From a virus (taxonomy: Duplodnaviria > Heunggongvirae > Uroviricota > Caudoviricetes), in the IMG/VR virus record IMGVR_UViG_3300029305_003293, positions 54,161 through 118,160 of that record: a stretch of DNA of 64,000 bases. The stretch is one strand, 5' to 3'. Under the pieces are notes generated by a model, which saw only the letters and a list, made by a program, of their open reading frames with translations, had not been told where the DNA came from and did no database searches. A program made the position numbers and the translations under genes. The stretch's first letter is position 1, and each line of letters begins with the position of its first letter. Positions 51,436 through 59,884 of this stretch are shown here, one piece after another.

Positions 51436-52814
51436 TTATATATTCTCCTTTTTAATAATTTCTACACAATTCGCGACTGCTGATTGTGGAATTACGTCTA
51501 AAAAATTATCTAAAGCATTAAATTCTTTTAATTTTTTTAAGATTGTAATTATTTTTATAAATTCTAAATTACAAACAGAAGGAATTGGGGTAAAAAGTTC
51601 TTTAGTAACTTCATATTGACTTCCTAAACATCCATGAATACACATTGTATTTAATAAACAAGAATTACAAATATGCTATTTAGATGGTTTCATTCCTAAA
51701 ATTGTAATTCCTATTTCTGTATTATCTGCAATAATTTCTGTAATTTCATCATTTTGATCATCTATAATAAAATGTCCAAATTTTAATTCAGGATATAATA
51801 AACGATGACAGGGGTAAATTGTTAAATCAGAAATTTTTATCATTAAATTTTCTGCTAGTGTACAAGAAAAAGCATCGGAATCATAACGTTTAAAATTAGC
51901 TGATAATATATTAAATCCACCGCTATGTATATCAGATGAAGTTAATTTCCCAATCAAAGTATCTGGATCATGATTGGCTAACTCAAATAATTGATCCATT
52001 AAAAATGAAATAAAATCTTGAAATAATAATAATTTTTCTGTTGTCCAATTATAATTTCTAACTTCTAATAAATATAAATCGTCTAAAGAAAATCCATATT
52101 TAAGAAGCATTTCTTTAAACCATAAGAAATTATTTTTCCAAACATGAATGTTTTCAGGAGAAATCATAGGATGTGGTAAACTATTACTATCTACCATAAA
52201 CTAAAATAATTTTTCATAAAAATCTTGATTTAATACATAAGTATCACTTAATGGAATGTCTAAATCTGTTTTATATTTTCTAGTAATAGCATCTGCGTAA
52301 TATCCATCTGTACTAATACTAAAATATACATCAATATTTATTTTTTTAAATTCTTGCTATATTGCTATAATTTTATTATATAATAATTGATTTTGAATAA
52401 AAGTCCCATTTGTAGGAATGGTAATATAAGCTGGTCTATCTTGCGGCTCTTCTTGATAAAAAGTTAATATGGTCTCTAATAATTTAAAACCACTCTCTTG
52501 GGCAAATAATTCTCCAGAAAAAATTTCTAAAGAAGGATGAGCCTTCTATTTTCGCAGCCATGTTAATAATAAAATTGTATTTTTAATAGCTTTGTCACCA
52601 TCAAAAGGAAAATGCTATGTATAAATATTTTCATTATTATTTTTAATATAACAATATTCACATTTTAAATTACATTTTGGAGAAAATATAATTTCTAAAG
52701 AACTTTTTGGTTTATTACTCTACCAATCTTTAATAAAATATTCATTAATTACTGTTGAAATTAAATTATCATTTAATTCTTGATAATTACTATAATTAAC
52801 ACAATGTGTCTTCA
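51436..52814 (-). CDS. radical SAM enzyme with a C-terminal SPASM-like Cys-rich domain; 6 in-frame TAG codons
   Basis: CxxxCxxC (SPKCNLKCEYCY) near the N-terminus. The frame runs through the track ORFs 51676-52197 and 51436-51645. C-terminal HICNSCLLNTMCIHGCLGS. Confidence 0.55.
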
Positions 52815-54121
52815 TAATAAGCAATTAACTCCTCTAACGCTCCATTTGCTAATAATCTAATGGTTCCTAATGGAATTACACTCGCATTATTAGTCTAAGT
52901 TCCATGTTCACCAGCATAACAAGAAATGCCGCCTGTAAATACAAACAATAAACGTTTTAATATTGGATCTATATATTTTTTATCGATCTCACCTGCAGCA
53001 ACCATTGCTAATAATAGTGAATCTAATGAACTTTCACTTAACCTGTGATTCATTTGATAAGCAGCATTTGTATATTCAATACGGTCTAACTCTTTATCAG
53101 TAAAAGCAACCTAAGTATTAATCGCGAATTTTTTATCTTTTTCGCCACCCATCATATAACTATCATACATGCGATGACAAGTCATGATATTACCCTTGTG
53201 ATCAATAACTGCAGAGCCAATTCCTGCTCCGCATCTTAATTCTGAACCAGTATAATCTAATACGCCAACAGAATCTTTCCACGAAAAAATAAAACGCTGT
53301 ATAATAGGATGACTATATTCAGGTAATTGAGTAATATCAATTTCTCTTAATTTTCTAATAAGTTTACCATAGTTAATACCATCCTATTTAGTATAATTAT
53401 ATGGTGTTACTAATGTTGGCTCTTGAGTTAAATGTAAATTAATATAATTATTATTATTAATTAACTTACGACATTTTTGTTGTAATATATCAAAAAACTA
53501 TAGCCATTTAAATAAATTATCATTCTCTAATAATTTTGGCCATCTATCGGCAGGCACAGTAGGTTTAGTGTGTAAACTCAAATAAAACTAATCACCAGAT
53601 AATGTTTTATTATTTTCGCAAGTATCCAAAATAGTCTAATAAATAATATCAGTAATGCCCTTATAACCTCTTGAGACATCAGTAATTTCAGCAGGGCCAT
53701 CCAATGAAAACTAGATTGTTAAATGAATAGGACGATCATGTAATTCACTATATTTTTTAAAATATTCTATATATGGTTTAATTCCTTTTTCATAACCCAA
53801 TAAACCATTAGTAGAAAACATAAATGTTTCTAAAAAAGGAAAAAATTCTAATAATGGTTCACAAAAAGTCGCAATTAAATCAGCATTTAAAGTTGGTTCA
53901 CCAGACCATAATGACAAACCTTTTATATTATATTTAGCTTCATTAAATTTTGTAATAATATTATTTTGAAAAGAACCATCAACAATACTGTTTCTAATTT
54001 CTTCATTGTATAAATGCATATTTGAAGGATTTTTATGAATAAAACAATATTCACAAGCTAAATTGCAACTACCCACAAACACACATTCTAAATGATCAAT
54101 CGTTTTTACTAAACTACGCAT
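52795..54121 (-). CDS. radical SAM enzyme with a SPASM-like domain; multiple in-frame TAG codons and an apparent 1-nt frame discontinuity near 53635
   Basis: CNLACEYCF (CxxxCxxC) in the track ORF 53711-54121. The downstream frame carries CGAGIGSAVIDHKGNIMTCHRM and GGISCYAGEHG Cys clusters. The TAA at 52795 overlaps the start of the next radical SAM gene. Confidence 0.5.
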
Positions 54122-54142
54122 ATAATAATTATTTTTTCACAA

Positions 54143-54427
54143 TTATATACTATATAAACGTGAAATTAATTCTCCTCCACACTTTCTAAAACCGCTATAA
54201 CGAACGGAACCATTATTTCCTCCACAATGACTGCCATCGCCGCTACCTCGACTATTATGGCTTCGTACTGAACCATTGTGGCTTGTATAATTAGAGCTCC
54301 AATTAGAACCACAATGTGTATCTATCATATTTTGAGCATTAGTCTAAGCTGTAGTAAGCCATCTACCAACATCGCTCGCTTTGACTAAAGAACCTTGTGA
54401 ACCTGAAGTTAAATTCGTCCAAGCCAT
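54143..54427 (-). CDS. small Cys/Gly/Ser/Asn-rich protein, precursor-peptide-like (paralog 1), with an in-frame TAG
   Basis: RBS GGAGGAG plus ATG: MAWTNLTSGSQGSLVKASDVGRWLTTA-TAG-TNAQNMIDTHCGSNWSSNYTSHNGSVRSHNSRGSGDGSHCGGNNGSVRYSGFRKCGGELISRLYSI. Confidence 0.4.
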
Positions 54428-54738
54428 TGTACCATTTCTCCTCCACACTTATTATTAGTATAAACAGATCGATTGCTGCAATTGCTATTACCGCTACCTA
54501 CTCCATTATGACTACAATTACTGTGAGTGCCCGGTTTAGAAGTAGCATAAGATGAATTAGCAGCACTACCTATATTATTTAATTCTGTCAATAAAGCGGA
54601 TTTTAATAATGTACCTGCCGCTATAGAATTAGTCCAAGTATAAGTACTACCCGTTGTAATACGATAAGCAGATGCTATAGTATTTTTAATACTATTAACG
54701 TCAGCAGCTTGTACTTTCTAACCCTGTGTTAAAGCCAT
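54409..54738 (-). CDS. small Cys/Gly/Ser/Asn-rich protein, precursor-peptide-like (paralog 2), with an in-frame TAG at codon 7
   Basis: RBS AAGGTGGG plus an ATG at 54736-54738: MALTQG-TAG-KVQAADVNSIKNTIASAYRITTGSTYTWTNSIAAGTLLKSALLTELNNIGSAANSSYATSKPGTHSNCSHNGVGSGNSNCSNRSVYTNNKCGGEMVQWLGRI. Confidence 0.4.
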
Positions 54739-54847
54739 ATAAAATATCCCACCTTTATTTAAATTTTATATATAAAATATAAAATACCAGTCTATATTAT
54801 ATATAAAATTTAAACTAATATTTTAATATAATTTGCCCTTATTTAAC

Positions 54848-54890
54848 TCTTTAATTAAATTATATCATATTTTTTTTCTAAAGTCAAATG
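54848..54890 (-). promoter_or_regulatory. sigma70-type promoter upstream of the precursor-like/radical SAM gene cluster
   Basis: Minus strand: TTGACTTTAGAAAAAAAATATGATATAATTTAATTAAAG (TTGACT-N17-TATAAT). It lacks the ATATATGTAAGG extension of the other copies. Confidence 0.55.
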
Positions 54891-54987
54891 AATTTTTCTA
54901 AACCCATTTTTGAATTGACCGTGCCCGCGCCGAGCAACCAAATATTTCCTTTATACCAATATCATAGCATAATTTTTCTAGAAAGTC

Positions 54988-55025
54988 AAAAAAGGTGGGT
55001 TCATCACATTCATGATGAACCCACC
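54988..55025 (-). terminator. rho-independent terminator at the downstream end of the tRNA array
   Basis: Minus strand: GGTGGGTTCATCA-TGAATG-TGATGAACCCACC (13-bp stem) followed by TTTTTT; just after tRNA-Val. Confidence 0.6.
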
Positions 55026-55065
55026 TTAAAGGCCAAGAGCTTCGTAAGTTTTCTGGGCACTGAAC

Positions 55066-55141
55066 TGGTGCGAAGTGACGGGCTCGAACCGCCGACCCTC
55101 TGCTTGTAAGGCAGATGCTCTCCCAGCTGAGCTAACCCCGC
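55066..55141 (-). tRNA. tRNA-Val (anticodon UAC)
   Basis: Cloverleaf with acceptor GCGGGGU/ACUUCGC (two G-U pairs), anticodon loop CUUACAA, T-loop GGTTCGAGCC, CCA encoded. Confidence 0.8.
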
Positions 55142-55479
55142 AAGTTGGGCTTCATTGAAGCCCGTCGAAAGGAAAGGAAGAAAGAAGTAAAGTGCTTTGC
55201 ATCAATAATTATTTCAAAAGAATGTTGTGATTTCAAGAGATACAATTCAAAATCTTTAATTATCTGTAGCAAAGCGTCATCACGATCTAATATTGTTAGA
55301 TCTCCAAACTATTACTTAATAATAGTATCATTGCTGTTAATCTCTTCAGTCAGATATTAGACAATCTCTTTAACTCTTACGAGGGGCCAAAGCATTTCTA
55401 TTACTGACCGCACATTTTTTTTCTTGTATTAATTCTTGCATTTTATAATTACATTACAAATTGCAGTTTAGGCCCAATG

Positions 55480-55567
55480 TGGCGGAAGCGGCAGGATTCG
55501 AACCTGCGGAGCTGTTACACTCTCTTGTTTTCTAGACAAGTGCCATAATCCACTCGGCCACGCTTCC
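55480..55567 (-). tRNA. tRNA-Ser-like, type II; anticodon loop CUAGAAA reads AGA in the canonical register
   Basis: GGAAGCG...CGCUUCC acceptor, discriminator G, long variable arm, T-loop GGTTCGAATCC, CCA encoded. A at position 34 is unusual, and the loop contains the triplet CUA. Confidence 0.6.
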
Positions 55568-55589
55568 ATAAACAAACAAGGCACGCATC

Positions 55590-55661
55590 GACCGGAAAGG
55601 AGACTCGAACTCCTGAGTTCCACCTTGAGGGTAGCGTTCTAACCATCTGAACTATTCTGGT
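55590..55661 (-). pseudogene. atypical tRNA-like element (irregular anticodon arm, no CCA)
   Basis: Acceptor ACCAGAA/UUCCGGU with an A-C mismatch, D-arm GUUC...GAAC and T-arm AGGAG-UUCGAGU-CUCCU. The anticodon arm has either a 5-nt loop or the loop CCUCAAG (UCA or CAA). Confidence 0.35.
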
Positions 55662-55687
55662 AGTTTTGCTGTTTATGCCTTTTGAAC

Positions 55688-55764
55688 TGGTCCGCCATCT
55701 AGGACTTGAACCCAGGACAAGCTGTATATAAGACAGCCGCTCTAACCAGCTGAACTAATGGCGG
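55688..55764 (-). tRNA. tRNA-Ile (anticodon UAU)
   Basis: Acceptor CCGCCAU/AUGGCGG, anticodon loop CUUAUAU, T-loop GGTTCAAGTCC, CCA encoded. Confidence 0.7.
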
Positions 55765-55770
55765 ATAAAA

Positions 55771-55846
55771 TGGAGCCGGTGACAGGACTTGAACCTGCAA
55801 CCTAGTGATTACAAATCACTTGCGCTGCCAATTGCGCCACACCGGC
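55771..55846 (-). tRNA. tRNA-Thr (anticodon UGU)
   Basis: Acceptor GCCGGUG/CACCGGC, anticodon stem AGUGA/UCACU with loop UUUGUAA, CCA encoded. Confidence 0.7.
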
Positions 55847-56105
55847 ACAAAGATAACCGAAACGCACCATTCTTCAAACTACACCGCTTACTGTATGACC
55901 ACGAGCCAAGCGCCTTTCTCCCCTTGAGGTCTGGGGCCCACACCCGCCTCGTTATCCAAACAATACGCCTCGTATTATCTTGCCTAATTTTTAAATAACT
56001 CCATATGTTTTGCGGCTTACATATTTTGTTATCAAAAATTAGAAAATTCTATCACAATAAATAAATATCACAATATCATCCAGTTATCAATCCGCTCTTG
56101 GATGC

Positions 56106-56181
56106 TGGCTGGGGTGGTAGGGCTCGAACCTACATATGCACGGGTCAAAGCCGTGTGCCTTCACCATTTGGCGACACCCCA
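56106..56181 (-). tRNA. tRNA-Gln (anticodon UUG)
   Basis: Resembles E. coli tRNA-Gln: UGGGGUG...CACCCCA G CCA, loop CUUUGAC. Confidence 0.8.
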
Positions 56182-56194
56182 TTAGATGGTTGAA

Positions 56195-56443
56195 TTACTC
56201 AACCACGCGGAAACGATCAAACTCAAGAGGAAAATGTCCGTCATGAATAAGATTGATTAGATACATACCACCAGAAAAATCAGCTCGCGCATACAGCATA
56301 CCAAGCATAGAACCCGGATTCACTGCGTATTCGCCACGAAAATCTTCAAGTCGATAAGTATCTTCTGCTCGCGCGATTAGACTAATGAAATCAACAAGAT
56401 CTCGTTCAGTTTCAATCGCAATTCGCATTCGAGTATTAGGCAT
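56195..56443 (-). CDS. hypothetical protein embedded in the tRNA array
   Basis: 82-aa ORF lying between tRNA-Gln and tRNA-His. Confidence 0.3.
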   Translation of the reverse strand: MPNTRMRIAIETERDLVDFISLIARAEDTYRLEDFRGEYAVNPGSMLGMLYARADFSGGMYLINLIHDGHFPLEFDRFRVVE

Positions 56444-56470
56444 AACTCTAACTCCTTTTGATTAAATAAA

Positions 56471-56547
56471 TGGGGTGTGCGATGGGACTTGAACCCACAA
56501 ACCACAAGAGCCACAATCTTGCGCTCTACCATTGAGCTACGCACAAC
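56471..56547 (-). tRNA. tRNA-His (anticodon GUG) with an extra 5' G(-1)
   Basis: G-1 pairs with C73; loop UUGUGGC; T-loop GGTTCAAGTCC; CCA encoded. There is one U1-C72 mismatch. Confidence 0.7.
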
Positions 56548-56672
56548 ATATAAAGCTTCGGGAGCGAACTATTCCACATATTTTTGGACAATATGCTTTA
56601 TCAAATTATTGCCCGAAGCATGACACCAAAATACATATTGGGAGTTTTTTGACAAAGAGGCACCCAGCTCTG

Positions 56673-56749
56673 TGGCGACTCCGATGGGGTTCGAACCCAC
56701 GACCTCTAGCGTGACAGGCTAGCGCTCTAACCAGCTGAGCTACGGAGCC
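56673..56749 (-). tRNA. tRNA-Asp (anticodon GUC)
   Basis: GGCUCCG...CGGAGUC G CCA; loop CUGUCAC; T-loop GGTTCGAACCC. Confidence 0.8.
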
Positions 56750-57212
56750 ATATTAAGCCCTACAGTATAGGCTGGGCTGCCTCTTCTCGTACTGCTCAAA
56801 GGATTTTTTATCCATCATACTCTTTGCTCTACCAAATCAAAAAGTACTAAAGGAGACGATACTAATCAAGAAAGCAGTTACATCCGGCGTCGCTTCCTTA
56901 TCTCACACTCAGTCATCCTCGCTCGTCTCAACGAGGCTCTATGTCATCTCTCTTGATTAGATGTTAGTTTTTATTGGCTTGCGGTAATTACTAACAACCC
57001 ACATAGCACTCCACATTTAACTCTTTTCGCCAATCGAGGAAAATGCTTCATCATGCGGACTTATCTCAAGTATAAGTCTCATTGCGACCACTCGCGTCCC
57101 ACCAGTCTGTTGACCTTTTTGGTTATTACAAGTCTCACCTGCCAAAGCCTTGTCCGTCGCATATTTTATTGAAAAATCCGGAGTTTATTTACTCTCCCTA
57201 CGGCAAAGGAGA

Positions 57213-57289
57213 TGGTCGGGCATCTTGGACTCGAACCAAGGACTTCCACCTTATCAGAGTGGCGCTCTAACCAACTGAACTAATGCCCG
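57213..57289 (-). tRNA. tRNA-Ile (anticodon GAU)
   Basis: CGGGCAU...AUGCCCG A CCA; loop CUGAUAA; T-loop GGTTCGAGTCC. Confidence 0.8.
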
Positions 57290-57291
57290 AT

Positions 57292-57411
57292 ATACAAGAC
57301 AGCTAACTAGTTTTGCTCGACCAATTGAGCTATTCACACCACACGGCATAAAATCGGACTCGAACCGATAACACAAACTTAGAGTTTGAATTTGCTGTAA
57401 CTGTCTTAAAA
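57292..57411 (-). pseudogene. tRNA-like fragments (D-arm-like TAGCTCAATTGGTCGAGCA and T-arm-like ATCGGTTCGAGTCCGAT) with no complete cloverleaf
   Basis: Segments with tRNA arm signatures that do not assemble into a tRNA; no matching acceptor halves were found. Confidence 0.3.
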
Positions 57412-57458
57412 TGGTGCCGAGAGTGGGACTTGAACCCACACATCTTTTGGATACTTGA
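57412..57458 (-). other. 3' half of a split type-II Leu-like tRNA (UCAAG stem strand, variable arm, T-arm, UCUCGGC acceptor strand, A, CCA)
   Basis: UCAAG-UAUCCAAAAGAUG-UGUGGG-UUCAAGU-CCCAC-UCUCGGC-A-CCA. It pairs with the 5' half at 58094-58125, located 660 nt away. Confidence 0.5.
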
Positions 57459-57459
57459 T

Positions 57460-57942
57460 TTAACGATTATTTTTACCACCATAACTATCTGTTATAGCAT
57501 GGCAATTTGGGCAACGATATTCTAAATTACTTAATTCATTATTTGTTCTATCTCCATCCTTATAATGTAATTGTAGAGTAAGAATGTGTCCCATCCAATT
57601 TCCATCACATCCACATCCAGCACATTGATAAGGAATTAATTTATCTTTATCAATATATCGTCTTAATGTTATATTGGAGATATCTTTACCTTTTACGAAT
57701 AAAGTTTCAATAGAATATTTTTCTTCAAAATCTGGTTTATCTCGCCAATGCTATCCAGTAAAATGCGAAATATCAATTTCATATTCAGCAATTTTTTTTC
57801 TAAGTGTAGCTTGACTTCCGCCACCTTGTGCTCTTCCAGCTTTTCGCAATACTTCAGCCAGCGAATAACTCTCTGCACATAGTTCTTGCAACCAGTCTTT
57901 TGAATATTTTCGTAATGACATAATTATCACACTTCCTTTCAT
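57460..57942 (-). CDS. HNH homing-endonuclease-like protein with an in-frame TAG (57751-57753)
   Basis: RBS AAAGGAAG plus an ATG at 57942. The track ORF 57751-57942 continues through TAG into CAGCGCDGNWMGHILTLQLHYKDGDRTNNELSNLEYRCPNCH (HNH/zinc motif). Confidence 0.55.
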
Positions 57943-57994
57943 TGTATTATGAAAGTTTTATTAGTCTGCCTAATTACGTCTGCCCATTTTTTTT

Positions 57995-58081
57995 TGGTGG
58001 GAGATATGGGACTTGAACCCATACGAGAATTAACTCAAAGGTTTTTGAGACCTTCGTGTATGCCAATTCCACCAATCTCCC
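57995..58081 (-). tRNA. tRNA-Leu (anticodon CAA), type II
   Basis: GGGAGAU...AUCUCCC A CCA; anticodon stem AAGGU/ACCUU with loop CUCAAAA; long variable arm; T-loop GGTTCAAGTCC. Confidence 0.75.
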
Positions 58082-58093
58082 ATACTCGTCTTT

Positions 58094-58125
58094 TCAAGCG
58101 CGTCTGCCAATTCCACCATCCCGGC
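58094..58125 (-). other. 5' half of a split Leu-like tRNA (acceptor GCCGGGA, D-arm GUGG-AAUUGGCAGA-CGC, anticodon stem strand CUUGA)
   Basis: Complementary to the 3' half at 57412-57458: 7/7 acceptor pairs including one G-U, and anticodon stem CUUGA/UCAAG. Confidence 0.5.
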
Positions 58126-58190
58126 AAACTGTATGGGTTTTAAGAGTCCATACCCTCTTTGTAGCTCACTTTCGTGAGTGCCACCTTGCC

Positions 58191-58232
58191 TGGTCGGAGA
58201 GACAGGATTCGAACCTGCGGCCTCTTGATCCA
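58191..58232 (-). other. isolated tRNA 3' fragment (T-arm GCAGG-UUCGAAU-CCUGU, acceptor strand CUCUCCG, A, CCA)
   Basis: No matching 5' half (CGGAGAG) was found nearby. The fragment abuts the 3' end of the CDS 58247-58684. Confidence 0.4.
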
Positions 58233-58246
58233 GTTAATAATGCTCC

Positions 58247-58684
58247 TTATTTTAATACATTTTCTAATTCATAATCAGCTGCAAAGTTAATTCCTTTTAG
58301 CTGACCAGATTTAGGAGGAACAAACCTCAAAGTCTTGGTTATCGAACATTCTTGAACGGGAATGACATAACATTTGCCTTCAAAAAATGTTGCAAGATAA
58401 TCAATTTGGGTTTCATCATAGCGCTGTTGTTTCACACCTTTGCTGTTAATGTGGGCTGAACGAGCATAAAACATAAAAGCTGTTTTTGTTTCATCAGTCC
58501 AACTGGAACTTTTTACTTGAACTCGAATGATTTTTCCATCTTTATCAGCTAAAAAATCATATCGAGCGCAATCTCCATAAGGGATACTTACTTGAAATCC
58601 CGCAGCAATAAATGAACGAATACAATCAAGCTCTGTGGTCATTCCCTTGATTAACGTACTATCCACAATGAGTTTACTAGCCAA
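58247..58684 (-). CDS. putative PD-(D/E)xK-type nuclease
   Basis: YDFLADKDGKIIRVQVK resembles a D...(D/E)xK catalytic core. The gene abuts a tRNA 3' fragment. Confidence 0.3.
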   Translation of the reverse strand: MASKLIVDSTLIKGMTTELDCIRSFIAAGFQVSIPYGDCARYDFLADKDGKIIRVQVKSSSWTDETKTAFMFYARSAHINSKGVKQQRYDETQIDYLATFFEGKCYVIPVQECSITKTLRFVPPKSGQLKGINFAADYELENVLK

Positions 58685-58777
58685 ATCAAGCTGTCTACCA
58701 AACTGACATACTCCCCGATGATCAAGACGATTTTATCTGTACTACCATACATCTTTTTATTGCTGGTATCGTCTTTA

Positions 58778-58824
58778 TCAACCTTACATATTTATTATAT
58801 CATAATTTTTTTAATTTTTCAACT
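58778..58824 (-). promoter_or_regulatory. sigma70-type promoter, repeated family
   Basis: Minus strand: TTGAAAAATTAAAAAAATTATGATATAATAAATATGTAAGGT. Confidence 0.6.
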
Positions 58825-59236
58825 CTTCCATAATCTTAAGCTCGATAGGTTTCTTCTCTGTCTGAGAATTAGAACATATCATAAGAGCTTCCGCGATTGC
58901 CAGATAATCTCTGTCAACGAGTTGCATATCCGCAATCATATCTTCAATAATTACTCGATCTTCCATATGCTCAGCATATTTTTTCTTGAACTCAGTAACA
59001 TAATCATTTGCCTCATCATAAGTCTTATAATAAGAATGATGATCGTAGAGCATTCGATCAGTTCTTTCTTTACAATGAATACAAACAAAAGGTTCAAAAA
59101 TCTTGAATACAAGATATCGAGTATTTGTATTATATGATGCTTCATAATACCAAGGAAAGTCTTTATACTTATGATTACAGACCAGCTTCTGCGGTTTTGA
59201 TTCTTCGACTTTTGCCTTTCGCTTAAACCAGCCCAT
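58811..59236 (-). CDS. hypothetical protein
   Basis: 141-aa ORF downstream of the promoter at 58778-58824. Confidence 0.3.
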   Translation of the reverse strand: MGWFKRKAKVEESKPQKLVCNHKYKDFPWYYEASYNTNTRYLVFKIFEPFVCIHCKERTDRMLYDHHSYYKTYDEANDYVTEFKKKYAEHMEDRVIIEDMIADMQLVDRDYLAIAEALMICSNSQTEKKPIELKIMEELKN

Positions 59237-59263
59237 AATTACTCTCCTTTTAATTTAACTTAA

Positions 59264-59340
59264 TGGAGTGTCCTGCCGGATTTGAACCAGCGCATCACGG
59301 GGTTGCAACCCGCCGCCTTACCAGACTTGGCTAAGGACAC
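59264..59340 (-). tRNA. tRNA-Cys (anticodon GCA)
   Basis: GUGUCCU...AGGACAC U CCA; loop UUGCAAC; T-loop GGTTCAAATCC. Confidence 0.8.
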
Positions 59341-59429
59341 ATAAAACAAGACTTCCTGATTCACAGTAGTTTTCTTCATCAAAACTTAAATATCATATGT
59401 GTATATTTGCTGAAAGAAACCTTTAAAAA

Positions 59430-59504
59430 TGGTGGATCTGAGGGGAATCGAACCCCTAATTCCTGCTTGCAAGGCAGGTGTGTTACCATTAGCACTACAA
59501 ACCC
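59430..59504 (-). tRNA. tRNA-Ala (anticodon UGC)
   Basis: G3-U70 identity pair in GGGUUUG/CAGAUCC; loop CUUGCAA; T-loop GGGTTCGATTCCC; CCA encoded. Confidence 0.8.
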
Positions 59505-59728
59505 GCATTAGTGCCTGCGGATACAGGCAAAGAAAATTACCGAAAACAGTCGCCTAGGACTTTCACCCTATCTCCAGCCTCTTTCATCTGGTGTTCTCAT
59601 TCGTGCTTTCGCACCTTTTAAACTATCCGCACCTATCACGATTACCCAATCAACATTTCTGTCCTTGTGCCGGGCCAGCTGGCGTGCGTCTATTAAGCGT
59701 AGCTATTATTCCAAGCCTATCGGTAATA

Positions 59729-59804
59729 TGGCCTCCCACAAAGGATTCGAACCCTCATTGCTTGATCCGTAGTCAAGTGTCCTGTCCAATTAGACGAATG
59801 GGAG
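59729..59804 (-). tRNA. tRNA-Arg (anticodon ACG)
   Basis: CUCCCAU...GUGGGAG G CCA; loop CUACGGA; T-loop GGTTCGAATCC. Confidence 0.75.
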
Positions 59805-59807
59805 AGA

Positions 59808-59884
59808 TGGGTGCCAAGGCTGGATTCGAACCAGCGATCTCCAACTTATGAGGATGGCGAGATGACCTGCTTCTCTACTCGGCA
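59808..59884 (-). tRNA. tRNA-Met/Ile2-like (anticodon CAU)
   Basis: UGCCGAG...CUUGGCA C CCA; loop CUCAUAA; T-arm GCUGG-UUCGAAU-CCAGC. Confidence 0.7.

Noticed and set aside
54888-55109. Plus-strand ORF spanning the terminator hairpin and tRNA-Val
   Set aside because: It overlaps a tRNA gene and a strong hairpin and is not coding.
55591-55662. A UGA-suppressor (UCA) reading of the atypical tRNA-like element
   Set aside because: TGA is demonstrably used as a stop (tgataa at 17652). The element also has an acceptor mismatch, no CCA and a non-canonical loop with C33, so it is more likely a decaying copy.
57693-57878. 61-aa ORF overlapping the HNH gene in another frame
   Set aside because: The HNH frame carries the RBS, the start and continuous motifs across the TAG, so this overlapping frame is unlikely to be coding.
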